Positions 10,851 to 23,180 of a stretch of DNA of 64,000 nt are shown piece by piece (position 1 is the first letter of the stretch; every line of letters begins with the position of its first letter). Made by a program: the position numbers and the translations under genes. The notes beneath the pieces are model-generated. The model worked only from the letters and a program-made list of their open reading frames with translations. It did no database searches and had not been told where the DNA came from. This DNA is from Sphagnum compactum. Its lineage: Eukaryota. The stretch is taken from positions 6,996,213-7,060,212 of the forward strand of contig OZ234493.1 in the NCBI GenBank assembly GCA_965153455.1, given 5' to 3'.

Positions 10851-13800
10851 CATTTCCAAAATAACAAAAAAGTTGAAAGGCAAAAAACTGTATGGTCAAA
10901 TTTTTTTGGCTTTTACTTTACAACAAGTACATGTTGAGTTTAGGGAAGTTTCGGTGGTGTGCATTTTTGGTAGCAAAAGCGGTTGAAATGAGCAAAAGGT
11001 GTGAAAAGGTCATGGTGGGAGGGAGATCAACTTGGACATTAGTTGTAAAAACCAATATTTCAATTTGACAAAGGTTTTGAACTTGCTAAGGTGATGTAAG
11101 GAATAATATCTTCTAGTTAGGGATATGATGCACTTGATGAACATCATTGTGCTATTTCGAAATATTCACACCACTAAATCTTATGCTAATATGTATTTTA
11201 TGTTTATATTTCTAAATTCAATTATAATCTTGCATTGTTAGGCTGTTATTTTGTTTTAACAAACTCCTAGTATAAGGTGCTTTCCTTTGCTCTTTCGTTC
11301 CCATCTCTCCTCATTTATATGCTTTTCAAAGGCAAAGATATGGAACTTGTAAATGTTTGAATTCAAAGTCTAATTTCACATTTTTTACACATGGAACAAA
11401 TCAAATGTTTCTTTTTCAATTGTCATTTTCCCAACTTCTGTGCCTCCAATCCGATTCCCTACATGATGTTTGAAACAAACTTGCTCTTATATTTGCTTAC
11501 AACATCTTCTCTCATGCCCCTTCACACACTTGATATCAACATATGCCTTATTAGTGGTTTCCAACTTATCAATGGTTGTGACATACAACTTGCAACACAA
11601 GTCATAAAAAAATTAGTTCTAATTTCAAAGGCTTGCTTAGGAAACTTGTCACTAAATGCATTGGGTGTGTTAAATATAGTTATGGAGGAGTGAGTGGCCT
11701 TACTTCATGGGATTCCTTTTTACGCGAATTGTGTAGGCTTATGCAAAGGCAACCTTTCATCTCCAACTTATGATCAAGTTTACTTTTTGTATTTGCTTAC
11801 ACCTTGTTTTTCAATGGCCTTTTATAAGTTTGACGTGAATTCATCTCATCATGAAGAAATAGAACAATTGATTTGCAAAAGAACAACATATATTATTGTG
11901 ATATACAAATTTCATCATAATTTTAAAACTTTATATTTTTTATTTATAAGTTTGCTTAGGAAATATGTACATATTATCATTAAGTTAATGGGTGTATTTG
12001 AGATAATTTTATAGGGATAAGATTGCATTTACCTCTTAAGTTAATTTTTATTTTTTGAATTTTGCAAGTTTAAGCAAAGGGGCAAACCCCCTTTCTAGTT
12101 TTTTTATTAGAGTCACCTCTTGTATTTTCTTGAAGCTTTTTGTGTAGAGAATTGATAGAAGTTCACCATAAACATAAAACTATTGTTAGTTCTTCTTGTT
12201 GAACAATGTGAAACACTTCTTGAAATTGATAAAAACTTCCCATAGTCAACACAATTATACCATAAAATACAATAATACCTTGTTGAAGTTTCAACATTAA
12301 TATTCAACTAATCCACATTAAAGATTACATTCTATGTGTTAGTTTGATTCCATTGAGAAAAAAATCATGCAAAAATCAAACAACATACTCACCAAAAATT
12401 ATATTGCAAAATTTGCTATCAACTTGGTTACCTTGAACCAAGTTGTCTATCCTATGTCTTGAAAATGCGAGCTAACAATGTCCTAAAGGTGTCATCCAAG
12501 ATTTTCTTTTACACCATTCATAAAGTTTAATCATCACCATTCATATTGCAATTTGAGTTCATTGGGTGAAAACACACTAAAAGTGAGCCCCTTTTGTTCA
12601 AAAGAAATTATGTATAACAAGTATTATAATATGTAGCAAGGTAAAATCTTGATTACATCCTTTGGCTATCCTAAACACAAATAAAAAACTTTATGATTTG
12701 CATAACAACATTTTGGAACTCAAAATTCATTTTGAGTCAAAGTTAATCTTAGGAGGAATGGATAAAATCAATGTACATACAATATATAACTTACAGTTTT
12801 CCAATAGCCATAGGGCCTCACATTTGTGGTTCAGCAAACATTACCAAACAAAGGAAAATTGAAAAAATAATGCAATGCCCATCTACAAAATCTCCTTTTC
12901 TTTGATATGGTAGTGGTTTTTTTTCCATATATATGTATAATTATGCATTCACTACTAAAAAAATGCAAAAAAACACATTTTTTAAATGCAAATTTATCCA
13001 AAAAAATTAATTTCTAAATTGTCATAGATTTAATTGATGTATATCAATATCATGCAGCATAAAAAACTCACCCAAGAATTCCATCAACAACCCTAGTTTT
13101 GAAATATATATTAAAATATTCAAACTTTGTGATGGGTATTATTTTATCATTAATATATTCCATCTGTTCAAAATTTTCAATGTTTGTTGGAGTTTTTAGA
13201 AGAAATAATTAGAATAAGTCTAAAGTTAATCAATTCTACTTTAAAATAAAATAAAATAAATCCAACATGTGATGTCCATATGTTACCAAAAAAATTAATT
13301 GCAAAATGATTATACTTGTGACTACAATTTTTGGGAGGCTTAGTGTGCTTTCACCCCATTATATTTTAAAACTATATTAAGGCCATAATTAAGACATTCA
13401 TAATATGCTATAAAGGTGAATTTAGAATAAATTTATGATGAACATAAAATGTTTTCAAATTTGAGTAGACAATTATTATTGTACATGTGCAAGCTATTTT
13501 TTTGGAACATATAAAATGTGTGTATTTATACATCATTAAAATTTTAACATGTGCTTTATGATACCAACCATGTGTTAATCTATATTTAAAATAAATAAAG
13601 CACACTTGATCATCTCAATGACCATATCTTTTTGTGGAGAACATATTTTTTCATAATGGATGGTGTAACCCAATGTTGGATGGAAATACTAATGGGTGCT
13701 GCTTATCAACATGCATAATAATGAGATGCGTATTCAAATATTGGCTATTTTTCCATATTTAGCATTGTGGATAACTAACAAACCTAAGTCTTACATATAT

Positions 13801-15082
13801 CCTTATGCATAAGTATATATGCTTCAAATGTGACTGTACAATATGCATATATGGTAATAACTTTTTATGGAGTCCCATATATGAATACCTATCCTATCAT
13901 GGCAAGCTATTATAAGGGTGGGGTAATTTGGATGGGGTGTGGTTGGGGCAAACTTCTTGTGCTACAATGGCCAAAGTTCTTTTGAGAATTGGGGTTCACA
14001 ACTCACTAAAAAGTTATTCTAGTTTAAGGATGTGAATGCTTTTAAGTGAATGGAACAAAATAATGATAATCTAGATTTTGAATATGCATAACCTTTGTAT
14101 GTATTCATAGTAAATTTGAATTTAAGAAGTGGCAAATTCATATCCATATTTAAGTTGAATCCATATTTGCTTTCACAAATGAATTGTTGGAATTTTTCAA
14201 TGCATATTCATTTATCATTTTTAAAACAAAACATGCCTTATTGCTATCTTGGTATTAATGTAAAAATATGGTATCCATCGAACACTAATATAATCCTCTT
14301 TCATTGTCATTTCATATGGGATGAATCCAAGTCTTTCAATTGTTGAGAACACATTCCCTAGGCAATGGTTGTGCAACATGTCATGTCCATGCAACATACT
14401 TGATCTTATATGTGTGTGTCTCATGTGAGAATGCATCCCACCAACAATCTTCATAGGTGGAATAATGGACAAAAATTCAACAAAAAAGTGTGTGACATGG
14501 GTTATGTTGTGTCAAGTGCAAGGTTGGGTGAGAAAACATTTCACCTTGATCTACTCACATGTAGACATTAAGATAAATATGTACCTTGCTTGGTTGGTAA
14601 ATATTTTTGCCACTATACTAATTACCCTACCTAGGTGGTAAATACTTCAAACATACACTATCTTTACCCTATTGTGCAAATATAGATTTGAGATTTCTTT
14701 CTACTTGTGGGTGGATAGGTAATTATTTTGATACACGCAAAAATATTGTACATGCCAAAGTCATCTCATGACATATACACATTTCCTTATTTTGCAATGT
14801 TTGTGGTTATGATGGATTTGTTCGAATTGTGGTGATTAGCTAATGAAAATATTTGTTTTTCACACTTTATTTCAAATAATTTTGCAATTTTCCTTGACAA
14901 GATTCTTATCGTATGTATTTAGATCAATTTTTGTTATTTTTCTTTGTAAAATGATTTAAATTTCACGTGTTTATGTTTGCAATGCCAATTGCAAAACTAT
15001 TTTTTTCCCCCAATGTCAATGTGTCAAACTTGTACACATATTTAATATATTTTTGATTTACAATTCATCTATGCATTATCCA

Positions 15083-15478
15083 TCTATGAAGGAAGGTTGT
15101 TTGTTTGTTTGTTTGTCATGTTGAGATCTCCTTAACCACAATGCCTCTTTGTTGCACTTTTGGTGCCATTGGAAAGCCCTTGATGAGTAGGGTTTCATAA
15201 TGTTTTGACCTAGGGTGAATAAGTTTTCAAATATTGAATAAAACTTTCACTAAAATTTCATCTAATTTAAAACTAAAAATTATAGGGAATTTTGGTGCAC
15301 TCTAGGTATTGTTGGAAAGACCTTAGTGAGTAAGATTTAATGAAAACAATTTGAAATTTTTTAGACTTAAGATATGGTACATATTGAATTTTGGGGAGCT
15401 TTTGTCATTAGAAATTCAATTAAAATTACAAAAATGGTTTTGGAAGGAAAAATTAGTTGCATAACTAGTTCACACTTG
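15083..15478 (+). mobile_element. Non-autonomous Helitron-like element, 3'-truncated; same family as 28477-28765
   Basis: Starts A|TCTATGAAGGAAGG, as at 28477. Shares GGTTTTGGAAGGAAAA.T.AGTTG and CACACTTG near the end. The terminal hairpin and CTAG are missing. Confidence 0.55.
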
Positions 15479-16049
15479 CTATCCCGGTACTTACTTAAGT
15501 TCTTGAACTTTAAGGTCTGCCATTGAAACCTGACATTCAAAATCAGGTTTTATAATTTTATAAAATTTTTGGCACAAATAATAAGTAAAATTTCAAAAAT
15601 TCGGCAAAACAAAAAAAATTAAAAAATTAACGCCAAAATCGTTCAGGTACTACCGTATTCCAGAACCCATAAATTGAGCAAGCATTATTTACCCTTGATC
15701 TTGGTATGCCATAGTTAGGCTTCACATGTTGTTGCCCTAATAAACAGTCCTCTCCAAACAATAGAACCAACCAGCATTTTGTTTTTCCCCTGGCCAAATT
15801 TTTATTAAAAAAAAAAAGAAAATGTGAAAAGAAGTGGGTTTTTGGTTTTTAATCAGCAAATTTAATTTTTAAAAATTTTTTTTGATAAAAATCTGGCAAT
15901 TTCTATCTTAAGTTCCATGTAATAAAAAGGATGCTTAAGTTGAATGCTTAAGTTTTTTCTACCTTCATAGTGGGACTCTAAATAGCCCAGATGTCTCTAA
16001 AATCTTCTTATGCTTGATGACCACTTTGGCTAAAATTGGCTACAAGCTA

Positions 16050-16270
16050 AAGAAAGATTTAGCCAAATTTGGCTACAAGCTAAATATGAAGTAATTTTTA
16101 AAATAATAAACCTTTCTATAATTTTTGCTGCCTACATGAAACCATATATAGAAGTCTAGAGTTTTTTCTTAAATTTTGGTCGAATTCTAGCTATTGGAAA
16201 TCTCCAAAAGCACTTGATTTTTAGCACTTAAATTTTTTTAAGATAGCTTTTTGGCTATATTTTAGCCAGA
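16050..16270 (+). repeat. Dispersed repeat (MITE-like family)
   Basis: GATTTAGCCAAATTTGGCTACAAGCT.AATATGAA..., GAAACCAT.TATAGAA.TCT and TAGCTTTTTGGCTATAT blocks recur at about 33315-33590; partial or inverted copies at about 31300-31390 and 32300-32400. Confidence 0.55.
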
Positions 16271-16487
16271 AAAAACAAGGCGGCTCATGTGAAGTGGTAA
16301 TAGCTCTAGTACTAAGCAACTCAAATGATGTTACATAAGTCGGATCAACATTAAGAATAACTCACAATATTTTTCACTTATAACTAATTATTGAAGCTTC
16401 CCACAAGCTTTTATCACTAGGCTTACATTTTGTAAACTTGATGAGCATCACAATTACAAAAATAAATAAAAATAAAATGCTTCATAT

Positions 16488-17522
16488 ATCTTATATATAA
16501 AGTGCCTTGTCTGTCCGTCGAGGTCCTGAAAGTCGAGGTCTTGTCCGTCCGTCGAGGTCTTGAAACCCAGATCGGGACCCGCCTGTCCGTCCGTCTAGTC
16601 GAGGTCCTGAAACCCAGATCCCAAATTGTAAAAGTAAAATAACCACCCAAAAACCTGCCTGGCTCCTCTTTTCCGGGTTTTCGTGAAACCCGGCAGTTCT
16701 GTGCACGAAAACCCGGCAGTTCTGTGATTATGTGGATGAAATATTATACGTTTTTAGTTCCGTCCAATGAGCTCAGAGTTCTGGATGGGTGGTTATGAGG
16801 ATGAGATATCATGTATTTGTAGTTCCGTCCAATTAGGAGGAATGATTTGTGGATGAAATATTAAAGATTTTGTAGTTTTGTCCACTTAGAGTTTTGGATG
16901 GATTGATTATGTGGATGAAATATTTATGTATTCGTAAGTTCCGTCTAATGATAAGTTTTGCATGGTGATTTATTTGGATGAAATATCATGTATTTGTAAT
17001 TCCGTCCAATTAGGAGTTCTGGATGGATGATTATGCAGGTGAAAATATTACGTATTTAGAGTTCCATCTAATTAGGAGTTCTGGATGGATTGATGATGTG
17101 GATGAAATATTATGTATTTATATAATTCTATCCAATTAGGAGTTCTGGATGGATGATTATGTGGATGAAAATATCACGTATTTGGGAGTTCCATCTAATT
17201 ATGAGGATGTGGATGAAACATTATGGATTTGTAATTCCGTCCAATTAGGCTTGGGTGCAACACAGCGCAAAGAGACGACGAAGAGGCGAAGCGCAGATGG
17301 CTGCTTCTTCACAACTTTCATGCAAACGAGAAACTGAATCGGAAGTGCGCAATTGTGGGTCTACGGAATCGGACATGGTCGGCCAAGAACAGGGGCCACG
17401 GCAGCGACCATGATATACACCTGAGAGGAAGAAGCTTCTTTTGTTTTGTGACTGTTGTTGTTTTTTCCCAGTGCCGTGTCGTGCCTTGCAGGCACGGGTT
17501 ACCACGGGTTATATATAAGGAT
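16488..17522 (+). mobile_element. Helitron/Helentron-like non-autonomous element with an internal tandem array
   Basis: Ends are ATCTTATATATAA (16488) and TTATATATAAGGAT (17509-17522). TGTCCGTC(CGTC) microrepeats near the 5' end. 3' stem-loop CGTGCCT-TGC-AGGCACG at 17480-17496. CpG-rich relative to the flanks. Confidence 0.5.
16725..17248 (+). repeat. Tandem array of an approximately 60-bp unit, about 9 diverged copies
   Basis: Unit approximately GATTATGTGGATGAAATATTATGTATTTGTAGTTCCGTCCAATTAGGAGTTCTGGATGGAT, repeated line after line. Confidence 0.85.
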
Positions 17523-17921
17523 GCAAAAATATTAAGGTTTGGAGTGGCAGATTATGTCATTTTCTTGATCACATTATATGACATTACTTTCCAGTGATGA
17601 ACAAACACTCCTAATAGTAACCAAAATCTTTTGTTGAGCATAATTTTTTTAAATTTTTTTTTGTTGAATCCACCACCCCAGAGCAGCCTTTTTTTATTGC
17701 TGAAATTTCACCATAAAGGAAAATCCAAAATTCAAAACTGAAAAAATGATGCAATTTTGGAGGTTTTCAATTGCCAGAATTGAGGGAAAGAAATACTAAA
17801 ACTTGCCAAATTTTAGAAGGATGTGTAGCCATTCATATCTGGTTTATAGGTTTATAGCCAGATCTGGCTAAATCCTCCTGAGAATGATTGCTAGTTTAGC
17901 CACAAACAAAAATTCTTAAAC

Positions 17922-17949
17922 AAACCCTAAACCCTAAACCCTAAACCCT
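17922..17949 (+). repeat. Interstitial plant telomere repeat (AAACCCT)x4
   Basis: Four perfect AAACCCT units. Further degenerate runs at about 19690-19720 and 19778-19805. Confidence 0.85.
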
Positions 17950-19092
17950 CGCCCCTTATGTTGAGTGCGTCACCTGGCTTGCTTTAGTGGGTTCAATTGG
18001 CGGTGTCTTCCTCAACACAATGGGCAGGGGCTTCACCATTCCTTAGTAAGCCCTAAACCCATCAATTTCTGATCCATCAGTCTCTCGTAAGGCAGCCATT
18101 CATTAATGTTGTTTTCCTCATAAACTATCATCCCCCACCAGCTTCAACTTTTGCAAACAGATGGAGAATCTTGGTACTAAGCTACTTGATGCACAAAATC
18201 TGTAGCAAGTCCCCCTCACAAACAACTGACTAGAAACAACAACATACAGAAACAACTTCTGTATGTTTTTCCTCTTGGCTTTCGGTCACCAAGTACACCT
18301 AACAAGCTGGCTTGTATAGCAAACAACATTCATTCAGCTATACTTGACTGATCTTGCTTCTGTTCTTTATACCGACTTTTTATCTCAGATCTGCAGTGCG
18401 GGACACCATTCCATGATCTCCATCAAAACCCTCTCAGTACAACACAAAAAAGTCACAAAACTTTCCAAATTCTCTTATCAGTTCCACCGTCTTCTACATC
18501 AGAGGATTCAAAGCAATCCTTCACTGTCAACTTAACACCACTCACAAAACCATCAAGAATTATAATGCATTAGATTTTCAATGCTTCAGACCCTCAGCTG
18601 TTTTCTCTCTTTTTTTGTCTTTTTTTGGGGCTTTTAAAGCATTTTGCAATCAGTCAACAAGCAGATACAAAACATGATCACAATCACAATCTCATTTCCA
18701 TTTCAGCCCTGGAATGTTTGATAAGCATCAATGCACCATCTCTTCTAGTATGCTTCATGCCTCACCATACTATCAGCACATTAACGAAACAGGGTAGCTT
18801 TCTGTTGAATGAAATCCTTGTTCATGAAAACCCGAGCTAATTTTAGTTGGACAAAGAAGAAATTTTTTCCTCCTTTTCCTTCCACACTGTACTACTGCCA
18901 TCATTGATATGGTCATCAAGATGTACTTTTGTGTAAGTGGAAGCCATTGCACCCGCTTGAGTCTACATGTTGGGTCCATAGCAATCTTGGGTGGTTCTTT
19001 GATTTTATTATAACCAATGTTGGAAGGTTCTCCAGTTGGGAGTCAAAGAGCTGACAATGCAATTTCAAGGTATTGCAAACCAAATTGCAACC

Positions 19093-19222
19093 TGTAGCTT
19101 CAAGGCAATTGGAATCAAAACCAAACCCGAGACTTGTGGCTTCAAGGCAATTTGAATCAAAACCAAACCCGAGACTTGTGGCTTCAAGGCAATTTGAATC
19201 AAAACCAAACCCGAGACTTGTG
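19093..19222 (+). repeat. 42-bp tandem repeat, 3 near-identical copies
   Basis: TGTGGCTTCAAGGCAATTTGAATCAAAACCAAACCCGAGACT starting at 19093, 19135 and 19177. It explains the repetitive ORFs 19065-19256 and 19073-19345. Confidence 0.92.
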
Positions 19223-20849
19223 AGGTTTCAAGAATTGAGCTTGGACCTGGATCCAATCAAGAAAACTGGGGATTATTTTTTTTTGGAATCAGATCTGACA
19301 CCAACCTACTACCATAAACCAGGTTTGGGGTATCTTAATGTTTAGATTTTTGAACTTGAGCTTGTAGCTTTTGGCCCCATTGAGCTTTCTTTCATTGCAA
19401 TTGAGCTTCTCTTTCTCTTATGAGCCCTTTGAGTTGATCTTTTCACTTTCTGATCCCATCAAGTTTTCCAATCCCTTACTTTTCTCCTCCTCTCTTTCTA
19501 CTTCCCTCTTTCTTCCCAATTTTCCATGAGGCCTTCCTTTTTGGTTACACACACACACATTAAAAAACTCCATATTTTGTCACATATGTTTAATACAATC
19601 AGCGTTTGTTTTTTTGGGGTATTAGTCATTCTAATCAATAACCCTAAACCCAAACTGGAACAAGAAAAAGCTCGTCAAGGGTCCCTTAAAAAACCCTAAA
19701 CCCTAAACTTAACCCTTACTGGTCAAAACCAATCTTTCGAATTTTTTTTTCCTTAGAAGCTCATCAAGGGTCCCTTAAAAACCCTAAGCCCTAAACCTAA
19801 CCCATACCAAGTGATTCTTGCTTTGGAAAAGAAATATAACTGAAACCCAACACTGATCCACACCTTAAAACTTGAATGTCTCTAATGAATTTCAATATGT
19901 TGGTAGGCATGCCCTTACATGATGTGAAACTAATGAATAGGCTTTCCATCCAGAACCTCACCAGCACACCATTGTGGACGGATGGATGATATGTGAACAG
20001 GAAAGAGTTTTCATCGTATAACTGTCCCATAAGTAACCACAGTGGTTAGCTATGTACTATCCAAATCCACATGTATCTACCAACCTAGTAACCACAGAGA
20101 GTCTTACCTTTTTACTTATGTACCTAGTAAACTCTTACATTACCTGTACTCACTTACCTATGATACTTACCCACTTACATATGGAGTTACATAGTAGTTT
20201 GAGGTCGAAGTAGGATGCGTTATAACACGATATGTTATGATTTTTGAGTTTTTAATGTTATGTTATGTTATGATAACATAAGTAGGATGGGTTATAACAT
20301 GATATGTTGTGGTCATATCCATCTATGTTCACGTAATTTGCTTAAATGTTAGGCTTATTTATCCACTAGTGACACCAAGTTTGCTAAAAACACAAGAGTT
20401 TGGAAGGAAAACAAACTGAAAAAAAACTCAAAATCTCACTCCTAAGATTGCTAGGGTAACATAGCAAAATATGAAAATTTTAATGTCCACCATTTCTTTC
20501 TTTTTTCCTCTTCGTCCTCCTCTTGATCGTGGGTGTTTGTAGGCTATAGTAGACACCAGTTATAGTTATAGAAAGATGTCACAAAAGTCGTGCTCCACAT
20601 GAATCCTTTGCACGTTTTAAAATAGACTTTAGATTATTTTGTCAAAACTTTTTTCACATTTAAAAGTGGACCGTGCTACTTTGTTAGGATTTTAGGATGA
20701 AAGTTGAAATTATCATTGTTAATTTTTTCCCCAAAAAGTCAATTTTAAATTTATCTTTAAACCACTAAACATTATTTTTTCACTTCAAATATTATTTGGT
20801 AGGGTAGTTTTCAAAGCTACCCTATGGGTATTGTAGTGGACATTTACTC

Positions 20850-20898
<49 letters not shown>
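20850..20898. repeat. Compound microsatellite (TA)n(TG)n
   Basis: Read directly. Other SSRs: (AG)n 27170-27193, (CA)n about 28437-28468, (TA)n about 28828-28862, (AG)n about 34003-34037. Confidence 0.9.
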
Positions 20899-20902
<4 letters not shown>

Positions 20903-22599
20903 AAACAATTGGATATTAATGATTTTCATGACCTAGTTTATTTTTAAGGCTCGATTGAACTAAATGGAGTTTAAAAATTAAATGAATTTGAAGTTGTACT
21001 ATGTATAATAGTTTACTTATTTTCAAATTTGACATCAATTGGGTCTATTGGATGCAAAGATGTTCAAAGGAGCCAATGGGATTACTTTATAAAAGGACCA
21101 TAAGTCCTTTCTTAGTCCTTTTCATTTTTTCACATCAACAAATTTACGAGTGAAATCTTTTGTAACTTATTATTAAAAATACATATAGTTGCCCCAATAT
21201 ATCACATATTTTGTGTTAGTCATTGTTGAATAAATATGAAAACTTCAAAGTGTGCAAATTTTACCAAGTTTTACATTTCATCTCAAAAATTTATCATAAT
21301 TTTGAATCATACAAAAATATGTTAACTACTTTAGATTTATTTTTTGTATAATAAGATACAACTTTGATTTATGTCATGTACATGACATTGCATTTTCATG
21401 TGGTAAAAGACTTTTGAAAATTTGAGATTATGAAACGTACTTTGAATTTTTTAAAACTTTTAATTCCACAACTTTTTAATTGTGAGTGTCTTTTGAGTGT
21501 GGGTGTTAGGTAGACACAATTTTTTAAGATTAAAATTGCTTCATTAGAAGAGTTTTTTACCTTAATCCTTTGCAAAATTGATTGTTTTTTACATAACTAT
21601 TGTTAAGTTCAATAAACCTTTACTAAAACCAAAACCCAAAATTAAACCTAATGAATTTTTAATTAAAAAATTTCAACACTCATTTTAGTCATTTAGTACT
21701 TGGAATGATTAACATAACTTTAGAATGTCAAGATGAAAAGATATGTAAATTTAAAAATAATTTTTAGCACTATCCAATGTCATTTTTGGTTCCTTTGAAC
21801 ATATTTGCACCCATTGTAGCTTGTAGATTCCTTCTTACATGAATGTATGGCATTACACTATGGTGGGTTTTGGATTTGTGTACAATAAAACTATACAATG
21901 ATTATAAAAACTTTGTAATGGCAATGCATTTCTATAATGAAGTTTTTTTTTCTTCTTTTTTTTCTTTGTGCCATTTTCACGAGAAGATACATTGTGAAAA
22001 TGAACTATTTTCATGTTTTGATGCCCTACAAAAATTCCATCAATTTGTTTTTCCAGAAATCATGATTTCTCAATGCCAAAGTTATTACATTCATCACAAA
22101 TTTATAGGCTTTATGGGTTCATGTCAAATTCATGTGAAATCTCTTATTTCATAGGTTTGTATTGTTTAAACATGAATGTCGTGCATTATTTAAACCCTAA
22201 ACCCTACACATAGAAGCAATAATGATTGGTTGAAGACGTTTAGAAAAAAAAGATAAGTCATTTCAACACCAAATTTAAGGTTAAACTAAGTTTCACACCC
22301 CATTGAAGCCCAATGTACATTTTTTCTTTGTTTTTTGAAATCTCATCCATTATGTGACCAAATAGGGGGTTTTAGTGCCTTTTTTTTGACTTTATGAATA
22401 ACTTTAATGTGTGAATAGTTTTTTTCCTTGAATTTGATTTTTTTGGGGCACATTGGAACCTAAGGAGTTTATAAGTCACAAAATTATTGAAAATAATTGC
22501 TTGAGGTAATTTTGATCATGTTGCATTCATTATTGTTATGTTTATATGCCATTCTCTAATTAGTTTTAATTATGATGTATGACTTTTCTATTTAAAGAA

Positions 22600-23180
22600 A
22601 TTACAAAAACATGTTCCCCATGGATGGTTTCATTTCTTTAACAAAATTTTATATTCCTTGAGCCCATTTGACATGATAAGGGTAATGTAAAAATAACATC
22701 TATTCGGAGTTGTGGTGTGAATTTTTCACATGCATTACATTGTCATGTACCTATCATTTAAAGAAAAACATTGTAATGGAATCATCATATGTCATTTCAA
22801 CGATTCAAGAAAGGATAAGAGGATGCAAAACCTTTACATCCTTCATTTCGATTATCTTAAAGTGGGTCATGGGGAAGCATAAAGATGTATTTGCATGTAG
22901 GTGCAAAAAAATGTGGTGCAAAAAATTCAATAAAAATCCTAGGTGCCCATGACATGAATAAGACCAATCAATGCATGTGATGCATTGTAGCAAAGTTAAT
23001 TCGTTGTTTTCTAATTTCATTGCATGGTTTTGGTTCATTTGTATGCTAAAAATTTACTCCTTATATGTTTTTTAGGTCCCTGAACAAAACAACCATTATA
23101 ATTGCAATGTTTACTTGTTGTGTTATATGGAGTTCTATGTCAAGCAAATGCCTTTGGATTTCAAACTTGCCATAAATTAA
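22600..23180 (+). pseudogene. Decayed Ulp1/SENP (peptidase C48)-like fragment
   Basis: After the TTTTTAG acceptor (23075) the frame reads VPEQNNHYNCNVYLLCYMEFYVKQMP, which resembles the catalytic-Cys motif VPQQxNxxDCGxYLLxYxExF. Upstream FHFFNKILYSL (about 22628-22660) resembles HFFNSFFY. Confidence 0.5.

Noticed and set aside
11300-14500. Scattered Cys/His-containing short ORFs suggestive of further TE proteins
   Set aside because: No motif could be assigned with confidence; probably old TE debris.
16658-16668. TGCCTGGCTCC resembles the 5' half of miR160
   Set aside because: Only 11 nt match, there is no precursor hairpin, and it lies inside a mobile element.
16725-17248. Regularly spaced repeats here and at 30272-30650 and 31612-32190 considered as CRISPR-like arrays
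   Set aside because: The units are contiguous diverged tandem copies without unique spacers, there are no cas genes, and the context is eukaryotic.
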